This document shows positions 9,735 to 18,553 of a DNA stretch of 64,000 nucleotides, piece by piece. The DNA comes from Candidatus Adlerbacteria bacterium (lineage in GTDB: Bacteria > Patescibacteriota > Minisyncoccia > Phycocordibacterales > SBAW01): NCBI GenBank assembly GCA_043784925.1, contig JAYVXU010000058.1, forward strand, positions 1,171 through 65,170, written 5' to 3'. Numbering within the stretch: the stretch's first letter is position 1; every line of letters starts with the position of its first letter. The position numbers and the translations under genes are program-made. The notes below the pieces were generated by a model. The model was not told the origin of the DNA. It saw only the letters and a list, made by a program, of their open reading frames with translations, and did no database searches.

Positions 9735-11678
9735 TTACTCTAAAATCGCTCGAATTCTTCGGATGCCTTGGGAGACTGCTTCTTCTTTAATTATTTTAAA
9801 AGGATTTTCTTTAGGGCTGGTATCAGGTTCGCCTGTCCACGCCAACTCTCCAGTGTGGGATACGTGTGGGCCGCCACAAAACTCAAGCGAGAATGACTCA
9901 TGCAGATGAGGATCCTCCTCAGACGCGCCGTTGGGGCCAATGGCATACACCGAAACTCGGTCGGGATATTTTGCCCCAAACTCGTGTTCGGCACCAAGCT
10001 CTTCGGCAACTTCTTTGTCTAATTCGTTTCGAGTGACCGGTAAATCTTCTTTAATTTTTTCGTTTACAATACGCTCCACTTCTTTTTTTTGCTCCTCCGT
10101 CATTTTTTCTCCCCAATTAAAATCGATACGTAGTCGCTCTTGCGTGATGTTACTTCCTCGTTGTTTAACGGACGGTCCTAGTACTAATTGAAGCGCCTTT
10201 AGTAGCAAATGGTGTGCAGTATGGAGCCTCGTTGTCTTCTCCGACGTGTCTGCAAGCCCACCCTTGAACTTCTGCTCACTTCCCGCACGAGAAAGGTCCT
10301 GATGAGCCTTCAGAAGCTCTTTAAACCCTTCAGTATCGATCTGCTTGATACCCCGCTCCCCCGCTTCCTCAATTATGAGCTCAAGCGGAAAACCATAGGT
10401 GGTGAAAAGTTGGTAGGCATTTTGTGCAGTAAGAGACCCGTCACCAGCAAATCGTGCCAATTCTTTAACGCCGCGAGTTAGTGTTTGTCTAAATCGCTTT
10501 TCTTCGGCATCTATTACATCTGCAATTGCTTTAGCTTGTTCTGATACTTCAGGATATTGGTCCATGTACATTCGAGCGATAGGCTCTACCACTTGTGAAA
10601 AGGAGTTTTCGGGTATGCCAAGTTTGTCGGCCTGCATAACACTGCGACGTATAAGACGTCGCACGAAATATCCTTTGTCTGTATTTGACGGCAATACGCC
10701 GCTTGCAATAAGGAAGGTTGCTCCTTTCATATGGTCGGCAATGACGCGAAACGATTTGGTTTGTGCTGAAGCGTCGGATGAAAGATATTTTTTACCTGAA
10801 AGTTTTTCCAGCAACTCAATAATTAGCTCGTGATTGATGACAAAAATATCAGGGCTATCACTCGCAGCCATGTTCATACGCTCAAGCCCGCCGCCAAAGT
10901 CTACATTTTGTTTAGGAAGTAAAGAAAATGTTCCATCCTCATTCTTTATATATTGCATAAAGACTGAGTTTCCGATTTCGACAAATCGTCCGCAATCACA
11001 GTTGGGGTGGCAGTGTTCTCCCCACTTAGGGTCATGGACTATATTTGGGAATTCAAAAAATACTTCAGAGTCTGGCCCACCAGGCTCTCCTGCTGGCATA
11101 TTTTCAGGCACTCCGGCACGGCTCCACCAATTCTTTTTTGCATCATAGTAGAAAATTCTTTCCCCTGCCTGTATGCCACGTGTATACCCATCTTCCTCTG
11201 ACCCAATTTTGACGGGTTTGGCCTCAATGTTATGTTCGGCAAATAATTTTTGCCAAATTGCTACCGACTCATCATCTTGCGGGATGTTATATTTTGGCTC
11301 CCCAGCAAATACCGTTACAAATAAACGCTTCGGATCTAACCCTAGTTCCTTAGTTAAAAACTCAAAATACCAAGTGAGCTGCTCTTGTCTAAAATAATCT
11401 CCTAGTGACCAGTTGCCGAGCATTTCAAAGAAAGTGGTGTGTCGATTATCTCCTATTTCTTCGATATCAGCCGAGCGAAAACATTTTTGTGAATCTACTA
11501 TTCGTGACCCCGCTGGGTGGTCCTTGCCTAACAGGTATGGGACCATGGGCTGCATACCGCTGCCGGTAAATAAAGTTGTTGGGTCATTTTGAGGCACTAA
11601 GCTCGAGGATGGAATAATGGCGTGCCCACGAGCCTTAAAAAACTCCAAATACTTCTCTCGTACCTCATTAAGCATCAT
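9735..11678 (-). CDS. alaS: Alanine--tRNA ligase, short form (647 aa, no C-Ala domain)
   Basis: FTGSGMQPMVPYLLG catalytic core. Editing-domain motifs HTAHHLL and FCGGPHV. The protein ends just after the editing domain. Confidence 0.95.
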   Translation of the reverse strand: MMLNEVREKYLEFFKARGHAIIPSSSLVPQNDPTTLFTGSGMQPMVPYLLGKDHPAGSRIVDSQKCFRSADIEEIGDNRHTTFFEMLGNWSLGDYFRQEQLTWYFEFLTKELGLDPKRLFVTVFAGEPKYNIPQDDESVAIWQKLFAEHNIEAKPVKIGSEEDGYTRGIQAGERIFYYDAKKNWWSRAGVPENMPAGEPGGPDSEVFFEFPNIVHDPKWGEHCHPNCDCGRFVEIGNSVFMQYIKNEDGTFSLLPKQNVDFGGGLERMNMAASDSPDIFVINHELIIELLEKLSGKKYLSSDASAQTKSFRVIADHMKGATFLIASGVLPSNTDKGYFVRRLIRRSVMQADKLGIPENSFSQVVEPIARMYMDQYPEVSEQAKAIADVIDAEEKRFRQTLTRGVKELARFAGDGSLTAQNAYQLFTTYGFPLELIIEEAGERGIKQIDTEGFKELLKAHQDLSRAGSEQKFKGGLADTSEKTTRLHTAHHLLLKALQLVLGPSVKQRGSNITQERLRIDFNWGEKMTEEQKKEVERIVNEKIKEDLPVTRNELDKEVAEELGAEHEFGAKYPDRVSVYAIGPNGASEEDPHLHESFSLEFCGGPHVSHTGELAWTGEPDTSPKENPFKIIKEEAVSQGIRRIRAILE

Positions 11679-11870
11679 AATTAGAAGAGTATCGCTTCTT
11701 CATATAAAAGAAAAGAGGCAAAACGTGTTTTTAATTAAAGTAAAAGTTCAGTTTGTCAACCTTTTACTTCGGGGGTATTATCTGGTAGTACCAGACGGCA
11801 GGCAGTCTCTTTCTTGACTGTAAGGCCGCGTCTCAATGGACGGTACGCGGCACGATTTCGACTAAATCGT

Positions 11871-13847
11871 ATGAAGAAATCTAATCAAAAATCTTGGGGT
11901 TTTGACCTCACTAATATCGATCATACCGTTCGTCCTCAGGACGATTTTTACCGCTACGCGAATGGGGGGTGGATCAAGAAAAACAAGATCCCGGCCGATG
12001 AGTCTCGTTGGGGCTCCTTTATTGTTTTGCGCCACACAACCGAAAATCAACTCCATACGCTAGTACTTGACATAGTAAATAAAAAATCGCACAAAGCTGG
12101 CTCGCCCGAACAACTTATAGCCGACATGTACTCCTCTGCTATGGACTTGAAGCGTCGCAATGTTTTAGGGGTGAAGCCTATCCTCCCCTGGATCAAAGAA
12201 GTACGTGCAATTAATTCAACACAAGAGTTGCTCGATATGATTGGCCGCATGCATCGCCTCGGCATAGCAGTGCCTTGGGAGTTTTATATCGACCAAGATT
12301 CTAAAAACAGCGCAAAATACTTGCTCCACCTGACCCAAGACGGCATAGGAATGCCCGAGCGCGAATATTATTTAAGCCAAGCAGCCGAGCAAACTCGCGT
12401 TCGCGAAGCATATAAAAAGCATATTAAGAAAATCCTCACTCTTTCGGGGATGAAGACAAGTGCTGCACAAAATGCTTGCGACATTGTGATGAAAATTGAA
12501 ACCAAGCTTGCGAAAGCATCAATGCCAAAAGAAGATACGCGAGACTCAGAAAAAACGTACCACAAGTATTCTGTCTCAAAACTTCAAAAGGAAGTGCCAC
12601 AAATCCTTTGGGCGCAGTATTTTAAACAATTAGGAGCCTTAGGCATTAGCGAACTTATTGTGGCGCAGCCAGATTTTTTTAAAAAAGTGGGCCGCATGAC
12701 AAGCGAGGTGTCTCTTGAAGACTGGAAGATCTATTTAGAGTGGCACCTTATCAATGAGTCCGCATCTATTTTGTCCGAAAGTTTTGTGAAGGAAAATTAT
12801 GACTTCTATGGCAAGACTCTCACTGGGTCTAAGCAAATGCGCGCTTTATGGCGACGCTCACTTGGGGCGGTAAATGGCACCTTAGGTGAGGCGTTGGGTC
12901 AGATGTATGTCGAGCGTCATTTCACTCGTGAAGCGAAGCGAAGAATGGAGGCGATTGTGGCCGATTTATTTGTGGCTTATGAAGAACGAATCAAAAGCCT
13001 CGATTGGATGACGCCCCCAACCAAAAAGAAAGCAATTGCCAAATTACATGCGATGAATTATAAAATCGGCTTTCCTTCTAAATTTGATACCTACCGAGGT
13101 GTTGAGATTAAGCCTGATGATTTTTTTGGTAATTTTATACGAAGCCACGAGTACCAGCACAGTAAAGCTATGCGGCGTCTCAAAAAGCCAGTGGACCGTT
13201 CGGAGTGGTTTATGAATCCTCAAACGGTAAATGCGTACTGCCAATTTAATTTAAACGAAATTGTCTTCCCTGCTGCTATATTGCAGCCGCCATTTTTTAA
13301 TGTGGAGGCAGATGAAGCGGTCAACTACGGGGGGATAGGTGCAGTGATTGGTCATGAAATTACTCACGGCTTTGATGACCAGGGTGCTAAGTTTGATGGA
13401 CAGGGCAATATGAAAGGATGGTGGACAACTAAAGACAAAAATAGGTTTACAAAGAAGTCTGAAGTGTTGGTGACACAGTTTAATGCCTATGAAGTTGTGG
13501 ATGGTCTCAAAGCCAATGGTCAACTTACCTTGGGTGAAAATATTGCAGACTTGGGCGGAGCCTCAATTGCATTTGATGCATATATGAATCGACTTCAAAA
13601 AACTGGTCGCAAAGATATTGATGGATTTACGCCCGAGCAACGTTTTTTCCTTGGGTTTGCTCAAGCCGAACAAGAAATTGCCCGACCCGAGTTTACTAAA
13701 ATGGCAACACTCACTGACCCTCACTCATCTGCACAATTCCGAGTCAACGGCCCAGTTTCAAACCTCGACTCATTTTACACTGCATTCAACCTTAAAAAAG
13801 GAGACAAACTCTACCGAGATCCTGCCAAACGCGCCAAAATCTGGTAA
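11871..13847 (+). CDS. M13 family zinc metallopeptidase (PepO/neprilysin-like)
   Basis: HEITHGFDDQG (HExxH), GENIADLGG, C-terminal ...RVNGPVSN...W. ATG at 11871 (MKKSNQKSW) is more plausible than the track start. Confidence 0.9.
   Translation: MKKSNQKSWGFDLTNIDHTVRPQDDFYRYANGGWIKKNKIPADESRWGSFIVLRHTTENQLHTLVLDIVNKKSHKAGSPEQLIADMYSSAMDLKRRNVLGVKPILPWIKEVRAINSTQELLDMIGRMHRLGIAVPWEFYIDQDSKNSAKYLLHLTQDGIGMPEREYYLSQAAEQTRVREAYKKHIKKILTLSGMKTSAAQNACDIVMKIETKLAKASMPKEDTRDSEKTYHKYSVSKLQKEVPQILWAQYFKQLGALGISELIVAQPDFFKKVGRMTSEVSLEDWKIYLEWHLINESASILSESFVKENYDFYGKTLTGSKQMRALWRRSLGAVNGTLGEALGQMYVERHFTREAKRRMEAIVADLFVAYEERIKSLDWMTPPTKKKAIAKLHAMNYKIGFPSKFDTYRGVEIKPDDFFGNFIRSHEYQHSKAMRRLKKPVDRSEWFMNPQTVNAYCQFNLNEIVFPAAILQPPFFNVEADEAVNYGGIGAVIGHEITHGFDDQGAKFDGQGNMKGWWTTKDKNRFTKKSEVLVTQFNAYEVVDGLKANGQLTLGENIADLGGASIAFDAYMNRLQKTGRKDIDGFTPEQRFFLGFAQAEQEIARPEFTKMATLTDPHSSAQFRVNGPVSNLDSFYTAFNLKKGDKLYRDPAKRAKIW
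13794..13847 (+). repeat. Copy 1 of 54-nt duplicated peptidase 3' end (in-frame end of the CDS)
   Basis: AAAAAAGGAGACAAACTCTACCGAGATCCTGCCAAACGCGCCAAAATCTGGTAA encodes KKGDKLYRDPAKRAKIW*. Confidence 0.9.
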
Positions 13848-13866
13848 TAAAGTTGTAGGCCCGTGT

Positions 13867-13935
13867 GTCTTTGCGAGGCTTGCCGAAGCAATCCAGAATG
13901 TAGCCCATGGATTGCTTCACCTTGTTCGCAAAGAC
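13867..13935. other. 69-nt two-tier hairpin inside the inter-repeat spacer
   Basis: Outer stem GTCTTTGCGA(13867-13876)/TCGCAAAGAC(13926-13935). Inner stem GAAGCAATCCA(13885-13895)/TGGATTGCTTC(13908-13918). 12-nt loop. Confidence 0.6.
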
Positions 13936-14004
13936 GGAAACAGTAGTACCAGATAAGATAAATACTGGTTTCGAAACTAACGTAGTCAGACTGCGTTAAT
14001 TCGC

Positions 14005-14058
14005 AAAAAAGGAGACAAACTCTATCGCGACCCTGCCAAACGCGCAAAAATTTGGTAG
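14005..14058 (+). repeat. Copy 2 of 54-nt duplicated peptidase 3' end (orphan)
   Basis: AAAAAAGGAGACAAACTCTATCGCGACCCTGCCAAACGCGCAAAAATTTGGTAG. 48/54 identical to copy 1. All 6 differences are third-codon positions (5 synonymous sense changes plus stop TAA to TAG). Confidence 0.9.
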
Positions 14059-14077
14059 GAAAAAGCTTGCTTTAAAT

Positions 14078-14392
14078 TTATATCTGTATTGTTTCGATAG
14101 AAGGAGGAAGGTGCATATCTACTGTTGATCCAATAAGTAATTTTTCTAAATTGGCAGTCCTAATTTCTTCAATAGATGCAGGAGTTAGAGACTCATCCTT
14201 GCTCATTTCAAACCAATTAGCAGCTATACTTTTTTCTGCATTAGACGCTTGAATAATGTCAGGAGTATAAAGATCAAACTCTGCAGCATAACCGACTAGT
14301 TCCCCTTTCTTATTCTTTACAATAAAAAGATAATCACTTTGTTCAAAGTGATTTACGTCATGAGCCATAGTAACAAAGTATTTTTTATCCAT
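14078..14392 (-). CDS. Hypothetical protein
   Basis: 104-aa ORF. No recognisable motif. Confidence 0.5.
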   Translation of the reverse strand: MDKKYFVTMAHDVNHFEQSDYLFIVKNKKGELVGYAAEFDLYTPDIIQASNAEKSIAANWFEMSKDESLTPASIEEIRTANLEKLLIGSTVDMHLPPSIETIQI

Positions 14393-14422
14393 ATCTTAAC
14401 AATATCAGACTAAGATATTTGC

Positions 14423-15121
14423 TCAACCTAACCAATCAATCGTTTTTTTGTGGTGTTTGAGGAGGTATTCGTTTGCACGCTTGAAGTGATTGCAACCGAA
14501 GAAGCCGTTATGGGCAGAGAATGGTGATGGGTGGGCTGCTTCAAGGACGCAGTGTTTTGTGCGGTCAATGAGGGACCCTTTGTTTTTTGCGTAGTTGCCC
14601 CACAGCATAAACACTAAATGTTCACGCTCATCTGAAAGAGCTTTGATTGCAGCGTCGGTAAATTCCTCCCACCCTTTTTTCTGGTGCGAGCCGGGCTTGT
14701 GTGCCTCAACTGTTAGTGTTGCGTTTAACAAGAGCACGCCTTGTTCGGCCCATCTTGAGAGATCTCCTGACTTAGGTATAGATTTCTCGCGTACGATCGA
14801 CTTCGTTTCGACTTCGCCATATTCATTTTTTATTTCTTTAAAAATATTTTGTAGTGATGGTGGGAGTGCAACACCCTCGTTAACTGCAAAAGAGAGGCCA
14901 ATTGCCTGGCCCGGGCCATGGTACGGGTCTTGGCCAAGTATCACAACTTCGACCTTATTGAATGGAGTTAATTCGAACGCGCGGAATACATTTTTTGGGG
15001 CAGGAAACACGGTTGAGTTTTTATATTCCTCTCTCACAAATTTTGAGAGTTCTTTAAAATAGGGCTTTTCAAACTCATCCTGCAAATGTTTTTTCCAGGA
15101 CTCCTCAATTTTGACTTCCAT
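14423..15121 (-). CDS. ung: Uracil-DNA glycosylase (family 1)
   Basis: GQDPYHGPGQA water-activating loop and HPSPFSA Leu-intercalation loop. ATG at 15119-15121. Confidence 0.93.
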   Translation of the reverse strand: MEVKIEESWKKHLQDEFEKPYFKELSKFVREEYKNSTVFPAPKNVFRAFELTPFNKVEVVILGQDPYHGPGQAIGLSFAVNEGVALPPSLQNIFKEIKNEYGEVETKSIVREKSIPKSGDLSRWAEQGVLLLNATLTVEAHKPGSHQKKGWEEFTDAAIKALSDEREHLVFMLWGNYAKNKGSLIDRTKHCVLEAAHPSPFSAHNGFFGCNHFKRANEYLLKHHKKTIDWLG

Positions 15122-15126
15122 ACCCT

Positions 15127-15441
15127 TTACTCGCACTCCAGCGCTAATATTTTTTGTTTTTCTTCAGTGCCGCCTCGATTGTAGCCACCCATTTTGCCAT
15201 CACTCCTTATGACTCTGTGGCACGGGATATTTGGCCTATAGTTGTGAGACATGATAGTACCCACCGCGCGTGCTGCTCCGGGCTTCCCTGCTTTGACTGC
15301 AACTTCGCCATAGGTCATCGTTTTCCCCTTAGGAATTTTAGCCACGATTGCGTAGACTTTTTTTGCAAAGTCAGTTTCAAACACCTTCGGTGCTTTTTGT
15401 GGTTTTGAATTAGAAGAGTTGACCTGTGGTGATATTCGCAT
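15127..15441 (-). CDS. Methylated-DNA--protein-cysteine methyltransferase-like protein (C-terminal DNA-binding domain only)
   Basis: 104 aa with active-site PCHRVI and an HTH (TYGEVAVKAGKPGAARAVG). Confidence 0.85.
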   Translation of the reverse strand: MRISPQVNSSNSKPQKAPKVFETDFAKKVYAIVAKIPKGKTMTYGEVAVKAGKPGAARAVGTIMSHNYRPNIPCHRVIRSDGKMGGYNRGGTEEKQKILALECE

Positions 15442-16285
15442 GATTGTCCGGGAGATTAGTTGTTTTTGTTTCTTTCGTTGCTAGATGTGGTTTTGTGGGA
15501 AGAGGTGCCTCTTTTTTTACCTCAACCTTTCCCTTCTCAATAGATGCTTCTACCGCAGTGCGGTATGTACAGTAGTCACAATTTTCACCTGATGGTGGCA
15601 ATTCATTACTATCAAGACAAGCTTTAAGTTCGACAATTGTCGAGTCTATCCAGTCTGTTGATCCAGTATACGGTACTAGCGTTAATTCAAACTCGAGCTT
15701 GCCGTCAAAAGCTTCTCGGTCACGAAGAGCATTTGCATAAAACCAATATCCTGTATCACATACCGTAAAACCGTTTTGTCGGAGCAACCACTGATATATC
15801 TCGAGTTGCCTTTTGTATCCTCTATGCCAGTCTTCGTCTAAACTTTCGATACGGCCGTCCTTACTTGTCGCTTTGTAGTCTATGACTATGAGTTCGCCCG
15901 CTTTATTGACCCAGATATCATCTACCCCACCTCGGACCGTGAGCCCTGTTTTGGTATGTACACACCGTACTCCTTGACTAAGTGCATTTCGCCACTCATC
16001 CATACGCGCGTGTGCCAAGGGTATAGCATCAAGGCCGTAGCTTGCCGCAAGAGGATGTTTGGTACCCTGGGCGCGGTGGCTATCCAACTCTTTTTTAAGG
16101 AGTTCATCGACGGCGCTGTTGAGGTTAAATGGGAAGCCTGGGGGTCTTGGAGTGCCTAACTTGTTATCAATATAAAAACACTGACGACACTCCATAAAAA
16201 GGTCAATTTTTGAGCGCGACAGAGTCCATTTTTGGCCTCCGTAGTTCCAATTGGGATTTCGATGGGGTTTGTAGTATGAGCTCAT
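15410..16285 (-). CDS. PD-(D/E)XK nuclease family protein (RecB/Cas4-like, Cys-containing)
   Basis: GGVDDIW...VIDYKAT nuclease core. Cys pairs CRQC (N-terminal) and CDYC (C-terminal) suggest a metal/Fe-S cluster. Confidence 0.75.
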   Translation of the reverse strand: MSSYYKPHRNPNWNYGGQKWTLSRSKIDLFMECRQCFYIDNKLGTPRPPGFPFNLNSAVDELLKKELDSHRAQGTKHPLAASYGLDAIPLAHARMDEWRNALSQGVRCVHTKTGLTVRGGVDDIWVNKAGELIVIDYKATSKDGRIESLDEDWHRGYKRQLEIYQWLLRQNGFTVCDTGYWFYANALRDREAFDGKLEFELTLVPYTGSTDWIDSTIVELKACLDSNELPPSGENCDYCTYRTAVEASIEKGKVEVKKEAPLPTKPHLATKETKTTNLPDNHANITTGQLF

Positions 16286-16351
16286 AGTAGTTTTGGTTTG
16301 GGTATTGTATCTCGATTACGGTGTCTTGGCGAAAATACCATTTGTAATAAT

Positions 16352-16383
16352 AAAACCACTAACGTTGTGTAGTTAGTGGTTTT
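16352..16383 (-). terminator. Intrinsic terminator
   Basis: AAAACCACTAAC-loop-GTTAGTGGTTTT perfect 12-bp stem, U-rich tail, 20 nt past the stop at 16404. Confidence 0.7.
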
Positions 16384-16403
16384 ATTTTAGAAGTTACATC
16401 CAA

Positions 16404-17183
16404 TTACTGAGCGGTAAAGGATGAAAGCATTTGGTTACCGTTTTGGTCAGGCACTATTTTTTCATCAGCGCGAGAAAAGCTTCGCTTCCCATTATCAACG
16501 GCAGCTCCAACATAGTATTTTTTACCTGCTTCTGTTGAACGAAGGAGTGATATGGTTCCTGCTGTATCTCCTTTAAAGAAGAGTTCAGCACCCAAAATAC
16601 TTCCCGTTTTACCTTCTACATTGTCGTACACTATCAACCATGTAGGTTGAGCGATCGAAAGGTTAGAAAAAGCAACCGAACTTCCCGCAGGTTGTGTTGA
16701 AGCAACCGCAAAGCTTGCACTACCAGCCGCTGCCGACTCCGTGGGTTCTGGAGAGCTGGTTGGGGTTGTCTTTGGATTGACAGGCGCTGTGGGGACCGTT
16801 GTTGGAGTAACTGAACTAACTGGCTCAGGAGCTGGAGTGGGGTTTGTGTCCGAAGAGTCGGTAGTGTTTTCGTCTGAGGTAGTTGCGGAGTCCGTAAGGC
16901 TCGAATCTGTCGAAGTGGCGTTAGACAGCTCGTTTGAAGCTGAACGCTTATGCAAAGCTACAATTCCCCAAGCTGCTAGGGCAAATACAATAATAATGCC
17001 AACTACAATACCTAACACTCGACCCGTAGAGTCCTCTGGAGGAGGAAGAGTTGTTTTAGGAGTATTCTTTTGAGTTACAGAACCTGTTGGTTGATTCCAA
17101 GAAAGCCCTGGCTTCTGATTTGCGTTAGTACCCCCCTGCGGCTTGTTCTGATTAGAGTTGCCCTGAGAATTGCTGCCATCCAT
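16404..17183 (-). CDS. Hypothetical membrane-anchored protein with Thr/Ser/Pro-rich linker
   Basis: 259 aa. One TM (VLGIVVGIIIVFALAAWGIVAL), a low-complexity T/S/P stretch, then a C-terminal beta domain. Confidence 0.6.
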   Translation of the reverse strand: MDGSNSQGNSNQNKPQGGTNANQKPGLSWNQPTGSVTQKNTPKTTLPPPEDSTGRVLGIVVGIIIVFALAAWGIVALHKRSASNELSNATSTDSSLTDSATTSDENTTDSSDTNPTPAPEPVSSVTPTTVPTAPVNPKTTPTSSPEPTESAAAGSASFAVASTQPAGSSVAFSNLSIAQPTWLIVYDNVEGKTGSILGAELFFKGDTAGTISLLRSTEAGKKYYVGAAVDNGKRSFSRADEKIVPDQNGNQMLSSFTAQ

Positions 17184-17236
17184 AGAAAAATATAGTTAGA
17201 AAATAATTAGTGAGCACTTCTAAATACCCGCCAAGA

Positions 17237-18064
17237 TTATATATCTTTCCCTGGTATACACAATGCCCCCGCTTCTTCGAGCACCTGTTGGGCTCGTTTT
17301 CCATGAATACCGACACTTGTTAAGGTGTGGCTATTTTGCGCTACGTCGCTACACAGCACCATTTTTTTATTGATGAGTATATTTTTTTCGGCTCGCGTCA
17401 GCGTTGTGAGTGCGGTAATGGGATATAACTTAGCCATATGAATTCGAGTATGTAAATCTTTTCCTTCTGGATAATCCCAACCTAAAAGTTCGAGCCCCTC
17501 GCAGGTCGCATATTGAATGGCTTTAGAGGTAAATTTAGTATTTGTGACCACTAATCCTTCAACAGGCACGTTGGGCATTGCTTTTTGTATGTCAAGAATA
17601 CGAGCCTGCACATATAACACTGTTTTAAGATCAGTTTTATAGCCAGGGTTATTATGGAATTTTGCTTCTACAAATATTTTTTGTCTGCCTTTTGTAAGTA
17701 CTACGTCAACTTCATGTTCGACGCATCCGCCGACAATAATTTGGTCTATTTTTGTGCTATACCCTTCCCTCGTAAAGAGCTCACTTAAATACGCTTCGAA
17801 AGGAAATCCGGACGGCCCAAATTCATCCACGGCTCTTTTAAGTGAGTACCGTGCCGCTACACTTCGTCGATACGTGTGAAGTAATAAAAAAGCTCTGCGG
17901 TAAATATTGCTGGTAGAGATTCCTGAGTAGAGCTCCCCTTCTATAGTACTTTCAACTTTTTCTATAACATCCGGCCCGGCGCCAGCGCGAACTAAAGAAT
18001 GGTGAAGTTTAGACCTGTCAAAAGGCTCAGTTGTACCATCTGCTTTAGAAACATTTATATTCAT
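17237..18064 (-). CDS. ATP-cone domain protein fused to a PD-(D/E)XK (restriction-endonuclease-like) domain
   Basis: N-terminus NVSKADGTTEPFDRSKLHHSL... is ATP-cone-like. C-terminal half has HEVDVVL...FVEAKF (D...ExK). Confidence 0.7.
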   Translation of the reverse strand: MNINVSKADGTTEPFDRSKLHHSLVRAGAGPDVIEKVESTIEGELYSGISTSNIYRRAFLLLHTYRRSVAARYSLKRAVDEFGPSGFPFEAYLSELFTREGYSTKIDQIIVGGCVEHEVDVVLTKGRQKIFVEAKFHNNPGYKTDLKTVLYVQARILDIQKAMPNVPVEGLVVTNTKFTSKAIQYATCEGLELLGWDYPEGKDLHTRIHMAKLYPITALTTLTRAEKNILINKKMVLCSDVAQNSHTLTSVGIHGKRAQQVLEEAGALCIPGKDI

Positions 18065-18066
18065 GA

Positions 18067-18504
18067 TTATTTTTCCTGTTCAATAACAGAAAAGGCTGTA
18101 GCAGTATTGTTGACCGTAATGCTTTCAAGAACGGCTTCGGGAGAAGATTTTTTTGAAGCTACAGTAATCAAAAAGGGCTCGGGGGACATGTCGGCCGAGT
18201 CACATTTTTGCAGAGACGGTGTTATCGTAAACGCTAAACGCATGTGTGCCGGCATACCACTTGATACGGATACGCCAGTCAAAAAATTATCACATCCTGA
18301 AACGGCCATGCTCCCTTTGAAAGAGTGTGTACCATTCTTAAAAGAGTGAAACACTTGGAGTCTTGGTTTTTCGTGAACAGAAGGTCGCAGTAGTAGCGAA
18401 GAGTCAGTTTTTTCTAAAGGTTTAAATGCAAATACTGTGACACCTACACTCAATACTACAAAGCAAAAAATGATGAGAGAAAAAGAAGTAGTCTCTTTTA
18501 ACAT
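18067..18504 (-). CDS. Hypothetical membrane-anchored protein
   Basis: 145 aa with an N-terminal TM/signal anchor (FSLIIFCFVVLSVGVTVFAF). Confidence 0.5.
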   Translation of the reverse strand: MLKETTSFSLIIFCFVVLSVGVTVFAFKPLEKTDSSLLLRPSVHEKPRLQVFHSFKNGTHSFKGSMAVSGCDNFLTGVSVSSGMPAHMRLAFTITPSLQKCDSADMSPEPFLITVASKKSSPEAVLESITVNNTATAFSVIEQEK

Positions 18505-18553
18505 ATCTGCAGTATACGTTGAATTGGCATTGAGCGTGGTGACTTATCAACAC

